DNA of 56,246 bases from a virus (IMGVR_UViG_3300029448_000047:1-56246), one strand, 5' to 3'; positions 26,623 to 36,653 are shown, numbered from the stretch's first letter. The notes: generated by a model from the sequence alone, not told the origin. Translations and numbers: made by a program.

Positions 26623-28128
26623 CTACGCAGCGATATCTGTCCAAGACGGAGTTTGTGAGGGGGTTATACTAGAGAACCCCGAAGATTGCGAAGGAGTTAT
26701 ACTAGAGAAATTAGACGTTTGATCTGGTTCAATCTTTGACCAAACCAAAACATTTCCTACTTCCGCCGTACCAACAACGCCTGTGACAGAAACAGGGTTG
26801 TCAACGCTAGCGGTAGAAGAACCAACTGCTCCTGTAGCTGCTATGCCCGTGACGGGTACATCTACATCAATTTGAACTATGGGCGATCCTACCGCACCTG
26901 TACCAGAAACCCCTGTAACCGATAGAGTGCTGTCTGCAGTAATTGAAGTGGTTCCAATAATTCCTGTAGCTGCTACGCCTGTAACAGCAATATTCGCGGT
27001 AGATTTTGTCGTAGTGGAACCAACCGCACCCGTGCCTGCTACGCCTGTAACCGATATGTCTGCAGAAGAAGTAGTCGTAGTGGAACCAACCGCACCCGTG
27101 GCAGAAACTCCCGTGGCAGAAACATTTGCGTCACCACTAACACCGCCGCCGCCCACAAAAAGACCGTCAGTAAACGCTTGAAGCGCCTCACCCATTATAA
27201 CGGGAACATCGGAATCTATTGTTACAGAAACGCCTCCAACAGAACCCGTGGACGAAACTCCCGTGACAGAAATGTCTGCACCGCTAGTGGTAGAAACACT
27301 GCCCACGGAGCCTGTAGCAGCAACTCCCGTAACAGGAACTGTTGCTCCAAGAGTAGTTATCGCGGAACCTACAGAACCTGTAGATGCAATACCTGTAACG
27401 GACAAGACAGAGCTGCTTACGATGGATACAGAGCCCACAGAACCCGTGGCAGCAACACCTGTAACACCTATATCTAAATCTGTAGTAGTAGCCACGCCAC
27501 TTACAGCACTTGTACCAGCAACACCCGTAACGGATATGTCAGCAGTGCTGGTGGTAGTAACAGCACCAACGCCACCCGTGGCGGATACTCCTGTCGGAGT
27601 GACAGTTGCAAAACCTGTAACGGTAGGGGAACCAACCGCACCTGTACCAGAAACACCCGTGACATTATTGATTACAGCAGTAGTAGTAGTGGCTGAACCA
27701 ACAGCGCCTGTGGCAGAAACACCCGTGACGGAAATGTCCGCAGTGCTGGTTGTGGTGACAGAACCAACAGCGCCTGTACTAGAAACACCCGTAACAGATA
27801 TATCCGCCGCACTCGTGGTAGTCACACTACCAACAGAGGCCGTCCCAGAAACACCTGTGACAGTAACAGAAAGACCGCTTGTAGTTGTTACACTACCAAC
27901 AGAGGCCGTCCCAGAAACACCTGTGACAGAAATGTCCGCCGCACTTGTAGTCGTTACACTGCCAACAGAACCTGTACTAGAAACACCCGTAACAGATATA
28001 TCCGCTGCGCTTGTAGTCGTTACACTACCAACAGAACCTGTTGCAGAAACACCTGTAACAGATACTTCTGTGGAAAACGTAGCTGAACTAGCTAGTGGCG
28101 CAGCGCCAAGAGGAGAAAAGCCCAGCAT
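26623..28128 (-). CDS. Repetitive structural protein (22-aa SVTGVSxTGxVGSVTTT repeats)
   Basis: About 20 tandem 66-bp units; Thr/Ser/Gly/Val-rich. Confidence 0.8.
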   Translation of the reverse strand: MLGFSPLGAAPLASSATFSTEVSVTGVSATGSVGSVTTTSAADISVTGVSSTGSVGSVTTTSAADISVTGVSGTASVGSVTTTSGLSVTVTGVSGTASVGSVTTTSAADISVTGVSSTGAVGSVTTTSTADISVTGVSATGAVGSATTTTAVINNVTGVSGTGAVGSPTVTGFATVTPTGVSATGGVGAVTTTSTADISVTGVAGTSAVSGVATTTDLDIGVTGVAATGSVGSVSIVSSSVLSVTGIASTGSVGSAITTLGATVPVTGVAATGSVGSVSTTSGADISVTGVSSTGSVGGVSVTIDSDVPVIMGEALQAFTDGLFVGGGGVSGDANVSATGVSATGAVGSTTTTSSADISVTGVAGTGAVGSTTTKSTANIAVTGVAATGIIGTTSITADSTLSVTGVSGTGAVGSPIVQIDVDVPVTGIAATGAVGSSTASVDNPVSVTGVVGTAEVGNVLVWSKIEPDQTSNFSSITPSQSSGFSSITPSQTPSWTDIAA

Positions 28129-28139
28129 CGGTTAAACCC

Positions 28140-28436
28140 TTAACTATCGAATGCGGTACACCATGCCGCAACATTATCCGTTACTTGCTGCGTGGTCATT
28201 GTTTTATTAGTTGTCCCATCCACCATGGGGTAACGCCTGTGAATATCTAATACCCGCGTAGTAAGCTGGTCTTTTGTAAGTTTAGTTACGCTATCCGGAA
28301 CCTTATACTCGCGTTTAGTGGGGCTAACGCCCACCATTGTAAAATTGTCTGGGTCTGGATAATAACCGCCATTATCTACCCAATAAGGACAGTGCATACC
28401 TTGCGGCCCCGCGTCTAACTTATACTCAAGTATCAT
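28140..28436 (-). CDS. Hypothetical tail-region protein
   Basis: Overlaps the upstream gene; same operon. Confidence 0.7.
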   Translation of the reverse strand: MILEYKLDAGPQGMHCPYWVDNGGYYPDPDNFTMVGVSPTKREYKVPDSVTKLTKDQLTTRVLDIHRRYPMVDGTTNKTMTTQQVTDNVAAWCTAFDS

Positions 28437-29241
28437 CTTTTTTCTCCAGTTTAAGCATGTAATCGGTGTTAGCTAACTTAGACTTACCAAATAAACGCTC
28501 AGAAGTCTTGTCTACATTGACCGTGTATTTATCCGCCATCTGATCTAAAAAATCTTCTAGCTCATTAGCGTGAGGCAGCTTTCCTTTGGCGATTGCTTCG
28601 CCCGTATATTTTACATACCCTGAAACTTCCGTCAAACAAACCTGCGGGTGAACGCCATATTGCTGGCAGTATTCAATCGTCGCTGTTTGAGCGCGGCCAC
28701 CATCCAAAAGATTTCGGTACATAAGCTCGAACCCGCGACGAACGTGGTGACGTTTTTCTTCGTTCTCAAAATCCTCTTCGCTCCAATCATCAATGCCGTT
28801 CACTTCTTTAATGTTTTCGTAAGCATCAATCAGTGTTGCAATGTCCTTGAACGAGCCGTTTATCTTGCTTTCCATAACGTCTAAGCCAACACTTTTCTGA
28901 CGAAACTCAGCTATAGAAACGGGGTCATCCTTTCCAGAAAGCTCCTCAAGTTCTTTAACCGATTTAGCGTGATTTACCTGCGCCTCGGCTAAAGCCATCT
29001 TTCTCTTTTCAACTTCCGACATAACTTGTCGCATCATTCGCATGGGCGACTGACCGTTTAGCATCGTCAACGTCATCAGAGACAACGTGTGCTGGCTGTT
29101 GTTGCGGTCAAACGCTCTTGTTTTTGCATCCAACTCTGGAAGCATTTCGTTTACTTTAGCAACTGCCGCCGCATTTATCTTATCCGCTGATATAGCTGGT
29201 AGACTAAAAGCAACGTCTATCTTCTTAGTTAAGCTGTTCAT
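28426..29241 (-). CDS. Coiled-coil hypothetical protein next to the propeller genes
   Basis: 271-aa helical ORF with GGGGA SD. Confidence 0.75.
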   Translation of the reverse strand: MNSLTKKIDVAFSLPAISADKINAAAVAKVNEMLPELDAKTRAFDRNNSQHTLSLMTLTMLNGQSPMRMMRQVMSEVEKRKMALAEAQVNHAKSVKELEELSGKDDPVSIAEFRQKSVGLDVMESKINGSFKDIATLIDAYENIKEVNGIDDWSEEDFENEEKRHHVRRGFELMYRNLLDGGRAQTATIEYCQQYGVHPQVCLTEVSGYVKYTGEAIAKGKLPHANELEDFLDQMADKYTVNVDKTSERLFGKSKLANTDYMLKLEKKDDT

Positions 29242-29250
29242 TTTTCCCCG

Positions 29251-30360
29251 TTATGTTCCTGAAAGACCCGCTAAATATCTTCTGGCAACAGTTAAATCGC
29301 CAAAATCAGTTGCGTTGCCTGTGGTTGATATAGTTATATATTGAATTACGTTGCTTCCGGTGTTTCCGGCACCTGAAGCATTTCCCCCACCAATCACGCC
29401 CTTCGTGCCGTCAGAAAGAACACCCATAGCGTCCAGCGTAGTAAGCAGGTCGCCAAAATCAGTCGCGTTGCCTGTGGTTGCTATAGTTATATATTCCATA
29501 CCGTTGCTGTGGGGAGCACCATTTCCCCCAACAAACACAGCCCTAACGCCATTACTACACCCAGACGCAGCGGTGTAAGTACTAGTAAGCAGGTCGCCAA
29601 AATCAGTCGCGTTGCCTGTGGTTGCAATCGTAACGTAGTCAATAACATTTAGGGAGGCACTACTACTGGAACCGCCAGCAAACACGGCACGAAACGCTGA
29701 TGCGGCCCCAGAAACAAAACCCCTAGCAACAGTTAAATCGCCAAAATCAGTCGCGTTTCCAGTGGTTGCAATCGTAATGTAGTCAATAGTATTTACATAG
29801 CCACCGGAACCTCCTCCGCCAGCAAATAATCCGCGTGTGCTACCAGACGTACCAGCCAGATTACTCCTACTAGAAGTTAAATCCCCAAAATCTGTAGCAT
29901 TTCCGGCAGAGGCTACTGTAATATACTGTATAACATTGTAATAATACGGAGAAGACGAATTATACCCACCGCCGAAAACACCACGAGTGCCATTAGAAGC
30001 CCCCGCCAGTTGTCTCATAACGGATGTAAGATCTCCAAAATCCGCAGCATTTCCGGGAGAGGCTACCGTAATGTAATCCATTGTATTAATATCTGCGGCA
30101 CTGTTGTTATACCCCCCGCCAAACACACCGCGAGAGCCTACACCAAACCCCGCCGCAGACGAAGTGATCGTAAACCAATCGTTGTTTACATATATTTTAA
30201 AGACTTCATTGCTGGTGTCATACCACACGTTTCCATTAGCCGGACTAGATGGGGCTGACGTTGAACTCGTCACGACACGTTTTAAATTAGCAACCCCGTC
30301 CACCAAAACATCTTGAGGGAAATCTACTGACCCTAGGGCGTCTGTTTTAAGTGTACTCAT
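29251..30360 (-). CDS. Six-repeat (kelch-like propeller) tail/receptor-binding protein, paralogue 3
   Basis: Six ~48-aa repeats ending GNATDFGDL. Confidence 0.75.
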   Translation of the reverse strand: MSTLKTDALGSVDFPQDVLVDGVANLKRVVTSSTSAPSSPANGNVWYDTSNEVFKIYVNNDWFTITSSAAGFGVGSRGVFGGGYNNSAADINTMDYITVASPGNAADFGDLTSVMRQLAGASNGTRGVFGGGYNSSSPYYYNVIQYITVASAGNATDFGDLTSSRSNLAGTSGSTRGLFAGGGGSGGYVNTIDYITIATTGNATDFGDLTVARGFVSGAASAFRAVFAGGSSSSASLNVIDYVTIATTGNATDFGDLLTSTYTAASGCSNGVRAVFVGGNGAPHSNGMEYITIATTGNATDFGDLLTTLDAMGVLSDGTKGVIGGGNASGAGNTGSNVIQYITISTTGNATDFGDLTVARRYLAGLSGT

Positions 30361-30363
30361 TTG

Positions 30364-31479
30364 TTAATCCCCTGAACATGCGCCGTTCATGCTGGTTTTA
30401 TAGTTAAGCATATCACCAAAATCAGTAGCGTTGCCTGTGGTAGCAATAGTGACGTAGGACATATCTTCAGTCGCTCCTCCGTTATCTCCTCCCGAAAATA
30501 CAGCCCGTGTAGAATTAGCAACAGCCGCCATCACGCTGTTGGCTGAAAGTAAATCACCGAAGTCAGTGGCGTTGCCTGTCGAGGCAACCGTGATGTACTG
30601 AATTACGTTACTGTGTGAACCGTCATAGAAACCCCCTGCAATCACTGCACGAGTATCATTAGAACAAGCAGAAGTATCTCTCAGGTCCGAAAGTAAGTCA
30701 CCGAAATCTGTGGCGTTTCCCGCAGTATCAATCGTAATATACTGCATGACATTGCTGGCATAATCAGAACCAACGCCATCATTTCCGCCGCAAAACACCC
30801 CACGAGAGCCGTTGCTACATCCATAAAATTGATTTAAAGCAACCGTTAAATCCCCAAAGTCCGTGGCGTTTCCCGTAGTCGCAATAGTCACATACTGAAT
30901 TACGTCTGACTTTTGTCCGCCGCTAGTCGTTCCACCCGCTGCAACGCCTCTAACAGTGCTTGCACATGCTGCGGGGCTAAAGATCGCTGCAAGCAAATCC
31001 CCAAAATCAGCCGCATTTCCAGCAGTCGCAATAGTCACATAATCAATGGATTGTATGGCTTGGTTACTAGAGTCTTCTCCACTTATAAACAAGCCCCGAG
31101 AGCCGCTTGAACACCCCCCAGCACGTTGCCTATTTATAGTAAGATCACCAAAATCAGTGGCGTTGCTGGCAGTAGGGATGGTAAATTGTCTAATATCAAC
31201 AGAACTATTGCTACCACCAGCAACCAAACCCCTATCACCAAAGGGCGCTGGGAAACTGCCGCTTAAAGTAATCCAACCCGCATTAACATACTGCTGAACA
31301 TTAGTACCATCCCACCAAATAGCTCCATTAGCAGCACTAGACGGCTGTGTGCCGCCCGTGTGATATTCTGTAACGGCAACCAAAGTTTTTATATCTACGC
31401 CGCCAACCGTTAAGCCTTGACTAAAAGAAGTTGCGCCACTGCTACGGCTTTCTATGTTGGCTACAGTTACAGTGCTCAT
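30364..31479 (-). CDS. Six-repeat (kelch-like propeller) tail/receptor-binding protein, paralogue 2
   Basis: Six ~48-aa repeats ending GNATDFGDL. Confidence 0.75.
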   Translation of the reverse strand: MSTVTVANIESRSSGATSFSQGLTVGGVDIKTLVAVTEYHTGGTQPSSAANGAIWWDGTNVQQYVNAGWITLSGSFPAPFGDRGLVAGGSNSSVDIRQFTIPTASNATDFGDLTINRQRAGGCSSGSRGLFISGEDSSNQAIQSIDYVTIATAGNAADFGDLLAAIFSPAACASTVRGVAAGGTTSGGQKSDVIQYVTIATTGNATDFGDLTVALNQFYGCSNGSRGVFCGGNDGVGSDYASNVMQYITIDTAGNATDFGDLLSDLRDTSACSNDTRAVIAGGFYDGSHSNVIQYITVASTGNATDFGDLLSANSVMAAVANSTRAVFSGGDNGGATEDMSYVTIATTGNATDFGDMLNYKTSMNGACSGD

Positions 31480-31482
31480 TGT

Positions 31483-32598
31483 TTAACCTCCTGCTAACCC
31501 ACCTAAGTCTTTTCGAGCAGCCGTTAAATCGCCAAAATCCGTAGCACTTCCTTGAGTGGATATTGTGAGGCGGCTTATAATATTGCTTTCATTAGGGGCA
31601 TTACCTAACGCAAATAAACCGTAGGTGTTGTCCCCACAATTCCCTGCTCCCAGATTGTTGCTTGCATTTAAGTTTCCAAAGGAGGCGGCGTTTGCTGCTG
31701 TTTGTATTGTTACAAAACAAAGATTGCTTGAGGGACTACCATAATTAAATGCAAATACCGCATGTGTAATATCTCCACCAGAAGGAAGACCGCTAGTGCC
31801 AGAAATAAGATCACCAAAATCGGTGGCGTTTGCTGCGGTGTCAATAGTAACGTAATCAATTACATTTTGCCCCCCGCCCCCCGCAAACAATCCTCTTGTG
31901 CTATCTTGTTGAGCAGCGGGTCTATACCTTGAAACCGTTAAGTCACCAAAATCTGTAGCGTTCCCCGCGTTAGCGATGGTAATGTAATCAATTATATTAC
32001 TTTGAGAATAGCCACTTTCATAGCCCCCACCGAACAATCCACGAGTGGTTCCGTGTACCCCTATTGTAAATCCTCTTACTGAAGTTAAGTCCCCAAAATC
32101 AGTTCCATTTCCCGGCGTAGAAATGGTTATATAATCTATGCCGTTCCTAAAACCAAATGATGTGTCCTGACCTAGCGTAATACAGCCACGAGTTCCGTTA
32201 GAAACTGCAGAAGTACCCGTACCAGAAGACGTTAAATCTCCAAAATCAGTAGCGTTGCCCGAAGATGCAATAGTCACATAATCAAGTACATTTGCAAAAA
32301 CAGTTGGAAAAGCAGATTGTTGCCCCGGAGTAAAGATACCGCGACTACCAAAGAAGGCTGGCGGCGGCGGCGTAAACGTAATCGTATTCCATTGTGTTCC
32401 ATCCCACATATAAAAGGCATCTGAAGTGGTGCTATACCAAAGCGAACCAACGGAAGGAGAGGTTGGCGCACTAGCCGAAGCAACATATTCCATTTGCGGA
32501 ATTGAAGAAAGCGCAACATTGTCTACCGTCACCGCAGTTGCATTAGGCGCTCCGCTACCTGCTACATTAGTAACCGTGTCTACCTTTAAAGTACCCAT
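31483..32598 (-). CDS. Six-repeat (kelch-like propeller) tail/receptor-binding protein, paralogue 1
   Basis: Six repeats of the same family, more diverged. Confidence 0.75.
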   Translation of the reverse strand: MGTLKVDTVTNVAGSGAPNATAVTVDNVALSSIPQMEYVASASAPTSPSVGSLWYSTTSDAFYMWDGTQWNTITFTPPPPAFFGSRGIFTPGQQSAFPTVFANVLDYVTIASSGNATDFGDLTSSGTGTSAVSNGTRGCITLGQDTSFGFRNGIDYITISTPGNGTDFGDLTSVRGFTIGVHGTTRGLFGGGYESGYSQSNIIDYITIANAGNATDFGDLTVSRYRPAAQQDSTRGLFAGGGGQNVIDYVTIDTAANATDFGDLISGTSGLPSGGDITHAVFAFNYGSPSSNLCFVTIQTAANAASFGNLNASNNLGAGNCGDNTYGLFALGNAPNESNIISRLTISTQGSATDFGDLTAARKDLGGLAGG

Positions 32599-33048
32599 TT
32601 ATACCACCGACCAAGCTGCGCCAGAAGGCACCGTGACCGTTACACCGCTGGCTATTGTAATCGGACCAGCGGCAACAGCGTTTTTTCCAGAAGTGAGCGT
32701 ATGATCTGCACTAACAGTTTGATCGTTTTCATAAAAAACCCCCTTTTGGGGCTGTATATCAGAATTAATGGCAGTAATAAAAACCTCTGCAGCACCGCCT
32801 AGAGTAATAGCGTTTCCACTATTACTGCTTTCAGAAGGCGTCCTAGAAAGGGTCGTACCTGACGAGGTGTATGTACCAGAACCAATTTCAAAATTAGTCC
32901 CTTCTTCTATCACATAACGCACAACGTTTGTGTTAGCGACCCCAGCAGTTGCGAAGGTTTGAAATCCCGCTACAGCGGAACCCAGAGTTATGGTCCCCGT
33001 CCCTGTAGTGGACGTAGACATCTTAGCCCTGTTTACAAGCACCACCAT
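32599..33048 (-). CDS. Tail fibre adaptor-like protein
   Basis: NRAKMSTSTTGTGTITL start and AGPITIASGVTVTVPSG end, both common in marine phage tail genes. Confidence 0.65.
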   Translation of the reverse strand: MVVLVNRAKMSTSTTGTGTITLGSAVAGFQTFATAGVANTNVVRYVIEEGTNFEIGSGTYTSSGTTLSRTPSESSNSGNAITLGGAAEVFITAINSDIQPQKGVFYENDQTVSADHTLTSGKNAVAAGPITIASGVTVTVPSGAAWSVV

Positions 33049-33073
33049 ATTTTATGCTCCGAAAGTAACTCGT

Positions 33074-33550
33074 TTAAGCTATCCTAATAATCGCGTTGCT
33101 TGCGTCAGCCGTAGGAAAAACAATCGTAAAATCGCCAGAACTAGCCGATTTATCACTGCCAAAATCCAGAACACAAACAGCGGGTGTTCCGCCACCCGAC
33201 ACTGGGTTTGAATTATAAATTAATGCGCCACGAACAGAAGAGATTGTTACGTTAGAAAACACTTCATCAGGCGAAAAATCTGTTAAGGCCGTTGTACCGC
33301 TAATGGTTGGCGTTACACTGGTTAATAGCTGGCCCCCAGCGGTGTAGTTAGTGCCACTAATTTCGTTATTAGTAGCATACGTTGTAACACTTCCATCCAT
33401 AGTGCTACCAGAGCCGCCCATGTCTGAGGGGACGGCACTATTAGTAAATAACGCCAGCTTAAAAACATTACTCGCAGCCGTGAAGTTATGAACACCTATC
33501 ATGAGTTCTTTTTTGAACGAGGTGCAAAGGGCGTTTCCAGAAAAAGCCAT
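33074..33550 (-). CDS. Conserved tail structural protein
   Basis: CTSFKKEL...FKLALFT...RGALIYN...FTIVFP pattern. Confidence 0.7.
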   Translation of the reverse strand: MAFSGNALCTSFKKELMIGVHNFTAASNVFKLALFTNSAVPSDMGGSGSTMDGSVTTYATNNEISGTNYTAGGQLLTSVTPTISGTTALTDFSPDEVFSNVTISSVRGALIYNSNPVSGGGTPAVCVLDFGSDKSASSGDFTIVFPTADASNAIIRIA

Positions 33551-33551
33551 A

Positions 33552-33848
33552 TTAAAGTTTCCTTATATGTTCAGCTAGTTCAGGATGACCAGCTTGTTTA
33601 ATTGCATTATATACCGTAGTACGGTCCCCTTGGATAGCCTGTTTCATATACAGCACTAAAAGCTTCTCTATGCTGCTTTTATATTCTATCGTTTGCTCCC
33701 GCAAAACAGGATGTGCTGTCGCGGAAACCTCCACCATTTTGTTTATGCAACGGTTAGCCACCTCTTCAGGAGTAGACCCCCTGTTGTTGGTTGTATGAAC
33801 CTCAACTTTAAAGTCACTTCCCATAGACGCCTGCACGGACATATTCAT
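33552..33848 (-). CDS. Conserved hypothetical protein
   Basis: TTNNRGSTPEE motif; operon position. Confidence 0.7.
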   Translation of the reverse strand: MNMSVQASMGSDFKVEVHTTNNRGSTPEEVANRCINKMVEVSATAHPVLREQTIEYKSSIEKLLVLYMKQAIQGDRTTVYNAIKQAGHPELAEHIRKL

Positions 33849-34492
33849 TGTTTCTCCCTCACAACTTGACCAACGCGATAGTTTTGCGTGGTTTCTTTAG
33901 CTTCACCCAGTAGTTTCAATCCAATCAAAGATTCTTGAAACCGCTTATCATACATTCCCATAACGTCTTGCTCCCCCTTCATAAAAATATACGCCTCTAT
34001 CAACGAAGCGTACAATAGGCTTAACTCTGCATTTTCGCTTAACCATGTTGTGCCACTATCTGACCCAGCAGTGATACTCGCAGGTCGGTACAAATAATGA
34101 AGCTCCGCAGTAAAGGACGCATTTGGGGTTGGAGCTAAGATAAAATTACTAACATCAAACGAGGCATAGTACTTTGGCAAACCCGTAACTGTTGAGTCTG
34201 GGTTGTACGTCTGTATAAAGCTAACGTCCTTAAACTCCACAAAAACCTCTTCCGAACTACTGGTGTAGCTCAAGGAATACGGCGCTAAAAAGTCATCTGG
34301 CACCCTAAGATACTTATTACCTTGAGACATAACTCCCGAAGCATTTCTTCTAAACAGGTTTAGTTGAACCGATTTTAAAATGCGTTCTTCTGCAGATCGT
34401 ATAAAAAGAGGCAGATTAGTTACAAACGAAGTCTCCGTATTTTCCGTGTAATCTTGGATGGCCTGCTTTAATGTTGCGTATGTATAGCTCAT
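33845..34492 (-). CDS. Head-tail adaptor-like protein
   Basis: YATLKQAIQDYTEN...G.PKYY...APTP...LLYASL pattern. Confidence 0.65.
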   Translation of the reverse strand: MSYTYATLKQAIQDYTENTETSFVTNLPLFIRSAEERILKSVQLNLFRRNASGVMSQGNKYLRVPDDFLAPYSLSYTSSSEEVFVEFKDVSFIQTYNPDSTVTGLPKYYASFDVSNFILAPTPNASFTAELHYLYRPASITAGSDSGTTWLSENAELSLLYASLIEAYIFMKGEQDVMGMYDKRFQESLIGLKLLGEAKETTQNYRVGQVVREKQ

Positions 34493-34500
34493 TTGTCCAC

Positions 34501-35298
34501 CTATGGTGTGTTCGCCGTTCCGCCCATACCACTATGGTTGGTGCAGTAGTAATAGAGGGTTGGGGCAGAATTTGCGACAGTTATTTGAACATACGCACCA
34601 GCCTGACCAGCCGTCCCTGACGTAGTAACCCCTGTGGTGTACTCACTTCCCCCAGCATGTGTTCCGTTTGGCGTACTAGAAAATCTGAGCGGATGGCTAC
34701 TATTAGATGAGTCTGACTGATCGAATCTGAACGTGCTGCCCTCTGCTAAACTGAGCGTTGGGCTCACAACGCCATCAATATAAAACTTATTACCCGTACC
34801 ATAGGAATTAGTGCCACTAGCCACAGTTACGATGTAAACATTGGTAGTAACCGTAACAGATCCAGGCGTTGCGGTTCCGGACACCCCAGTGACAGAAATA
34901 GAAGGCTCAGTTACCGTGACGGAGCCAGTTGCTGCTGTGCCTGATACCCCAGTAACGGAAATGCCACCACTAGCAGGGGTGGTGACAGTGACCTCTCCTA
35001 CAGAAGCCTTAGCAACCAAATTGTTTTCAGTGAAACCAAGCGCATCACCTCTATATCCAACCGGATTAAAGCCATACTGAATGGACCTTTCTTCCGTTAG
35101 ATTTGTTTCAGGCCTCGGATTGCGTAGAGCTTGAGGATCAGGGCCAACCTTGGGAGGAAACAACTGCGGATGTTTTGGCTCAAACTCATCTTTGCCTACC
35201 TTGGCGCCGGTCCACTCTACACGCATGTCTCTCAAACGGTAGCGAAATCCGGACCTGTCAGATATACCATAAGCATTTTTGTCTGAGGCATAAGCCAT
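34501..35298 (-). CDS. Structural protein with conserved N-terminus, SVTGVS repeats and C-terminal cupredoxin-like domain
   Basis: ISDRSGFRY and PDPQAL.NPRP N-terminus; FDQSDSSNSSHPL...YYYCTNHSGMG C-terminus. Confidence 0.7.
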   Translation of the reverse strand: MAYASDKNAYGISDRSGFRYRLRDMRVEWTGAKVGKDEFEPKHPQLFPPKVGPDPQALRNPRPETNLTEERSIQYGFNPVGYRGDALGFTENNLVAKASVGEVTVTTPASGGISVTGVSGTAATGSVTVTEPSISVTGVSGTATPGSVTVTTNVYIVTVASGTNSYGTGNKFYIDGVVSPTLSLAEGSTFRFDQSDSSNSSHPLRFSSTPNGTHAGGSEYTTGVTTSGTAGQAGAYVQITVANSAPTLYYYCTNHSGMGGTANTP

Positions 35299-35299
35299 A

Positions 35300-35965
35300 C
35301 TAAGCCCTTAGATATTGTATGCTTGGTTGAAGTTTAAGGGGAACACGATCCTCATCCTCATCAGACGCTCGTTGGAACTCTTCCTCATAGACAGTCTTTA
35401 GCATTTGAATACGATCTGGCGTTCTCTTCATTGCGATGTAATACGCCAAGCCAGCAACCATACATGGGTAAAACCTAAAAGGCATGTCCGTTGTATTAAC
35501 CAGCGTATCTGCATCATCAATGCGGCGAACGTAATGATAAACCAGTTGATCTGTAGAGTTTTCAGGTGTTGCCCAAAGATTTAAGATAGGCGTAATCTGA
35601 CGATCAAAATAAAACTGGCTGGGCCGACCCTGAGTAGTCTTGTCGGGAAGAGTGACATACTCTCCGCGGCTAATTCTTGTAATCTCAAAGTCTGTTCCAT
35701 CGCGGCGCAACACAATCTCCAAGACATCAACAACGTCCGCGGCCAACGTTATTGCGCTAGTCCCTTGCGTTAAAGTTACCGTTTCCGATTTGACCGTCCA
35801 CATGTTAATGCCCCTGTTCGCCCAATCAGCGAACATAAGGTTTAACGATCTACGAGCGGTACGAGCATCATACCCAGTGCGAACTTCTATTCCGCAGCGT
35901 TCATATGCCTCTTCGATAACCTCACCGACATCGAGGTTGAAGTCTCTGGATCCTGATACTGTCAT
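35300..35965 (-). CDS. Head-tail connector / tail adaptor protein
   Basis: EEAYERCG...ARRSLNL..WANRG...GRPSQ..GLAYY pattern; position after the capsid cluster. Confidence 0.65.
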   Translation of the reverse strand: MTVSGSRDFNLDVGEVIEEAYERCGIEVRTGYDARTARRSLNLMFADWANRGINMWTVKSETVTLTQGTSAITLAADVVDVLEIVLRRDGTDFEITRISRGEYVTLPDKTTQGRPSQFYFDRQITPILNLWATPENSTDQLVYHYVRRIDDADTLVNTTDMPFRFYPCMVAGLAYYIAMKRTPDRIQMLKTVYEEEFQRASDEDEDRVPLKLQPSIQYLRA

Positions 35966-35969
35966 GGCC

Positions 35970-36257
35970 TTAACTCATATGTGGTTTCTGGTTGGTCTTA
36001 ACCATCACTGCGCCACCATGTTTGAAGCCCTGAACCTTGCCGCCCATTGCCATACCCTTGGACTTTACCTTACCGCCCATTGCCATGCCCTTAGACTTAA
36101 CTCGGCCACCCATAGCGTAACCTTTGGACTTTACCTTACCGCCCATTGCCATACCCTTGGCTTTGACCTTGCCACCATTTTTCATGTAGCCCATTTTGTT
36201 GCGAACCGATTTAGGCAGTTTTTTCAAACCGGCTTGATCATCTGTAGGTTGTTTCAT
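35970..36257 (-). CDS. Small basic protein with tandem GMAMGGKVKSK repeats
   Basis: Six xxGGxV units; 33-bp DNA repeats. Confidence 0.75.
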   Translation of the reverse strand: MKQPTDDQAGLKKLPKSVRNKMGYMKNGGKVKAKGMAMGGKVKSKGYAMGGRVKSKGMAMGGKVKSKGMAMGGKVQGFKHGGAVMVKTNQKPHMS

Positions 36258-36269
36258 ATCCGTACTCCT

Positions 36270-36653
36270 TTAAAACTGCCGCACCACGCCCTTGGTGCTT
36301 TTGCGCCTGTCGGCCATTACCGCTCCGCAGCCTTTCGCGACCGCTTCGCCTTTTTTGTTTTTGCCTTGGTACGGCCTTTTTGCTCCGTTGATTTCAATGT
36401 CTCCACCGAGACTATATCCTTTGACCTTGGCTTTTTTGGTGTTGCTGACAACGGTTTTTCCTTTTCTGCCAGCCGACTTTTTTTTCTTTGCAGTCGCAGC
36501 TCTATCTTTTTTAGAAAGAGAACGTGCTTTAGCCAGCGGAAGGCATCGGTCAGGGTTCTTCTTGTCTTTTGAAGTACCGCACTTACCTTTAATCTTGCCA
36601 TCGGTTCCTATCCTTACCCACTTCTGATCACGCCATTTCTTTAGCTCACCCAT
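36270..36653 (-). CDS. Small basic protein (DUF5872-like)
   Basis: LKKWRDQKWV...CG...RCLP motif; start taken at MGELKKW. Confidence 0.65.
   Translation of the reverse strand: MGELKKWRDQKWVRIGTDGKIKGKCGTSKDKKNPDRCLPLAKARSLSKKDRAATAKKKKSAGRKGKTVVSNTKKAKVKGYSLGGDIEINGAKRPYQGKNKKGEAVAKGCGAVMADRRKSTKGVVRQF

Noticed and set aside
27248-28135. 295-aa + strand ORF (also 26879-27181)
   Set aside because: Antisense shadow of the Thr/Val/Gly repeat gene, whose codons rarely generate stops on the opposite strand
29251-32598. Diversity-generating retroelement acting on the tail proteins
   Set aside because: No reverse transcriptase in the window; repeats are in-frame protein repeats and no adenine-specific TR/VR pair was seen
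35640-36572. 310-aa + strand ORF
   Set aside because: Antisense to three well-supported late genes; no recognisable motifs
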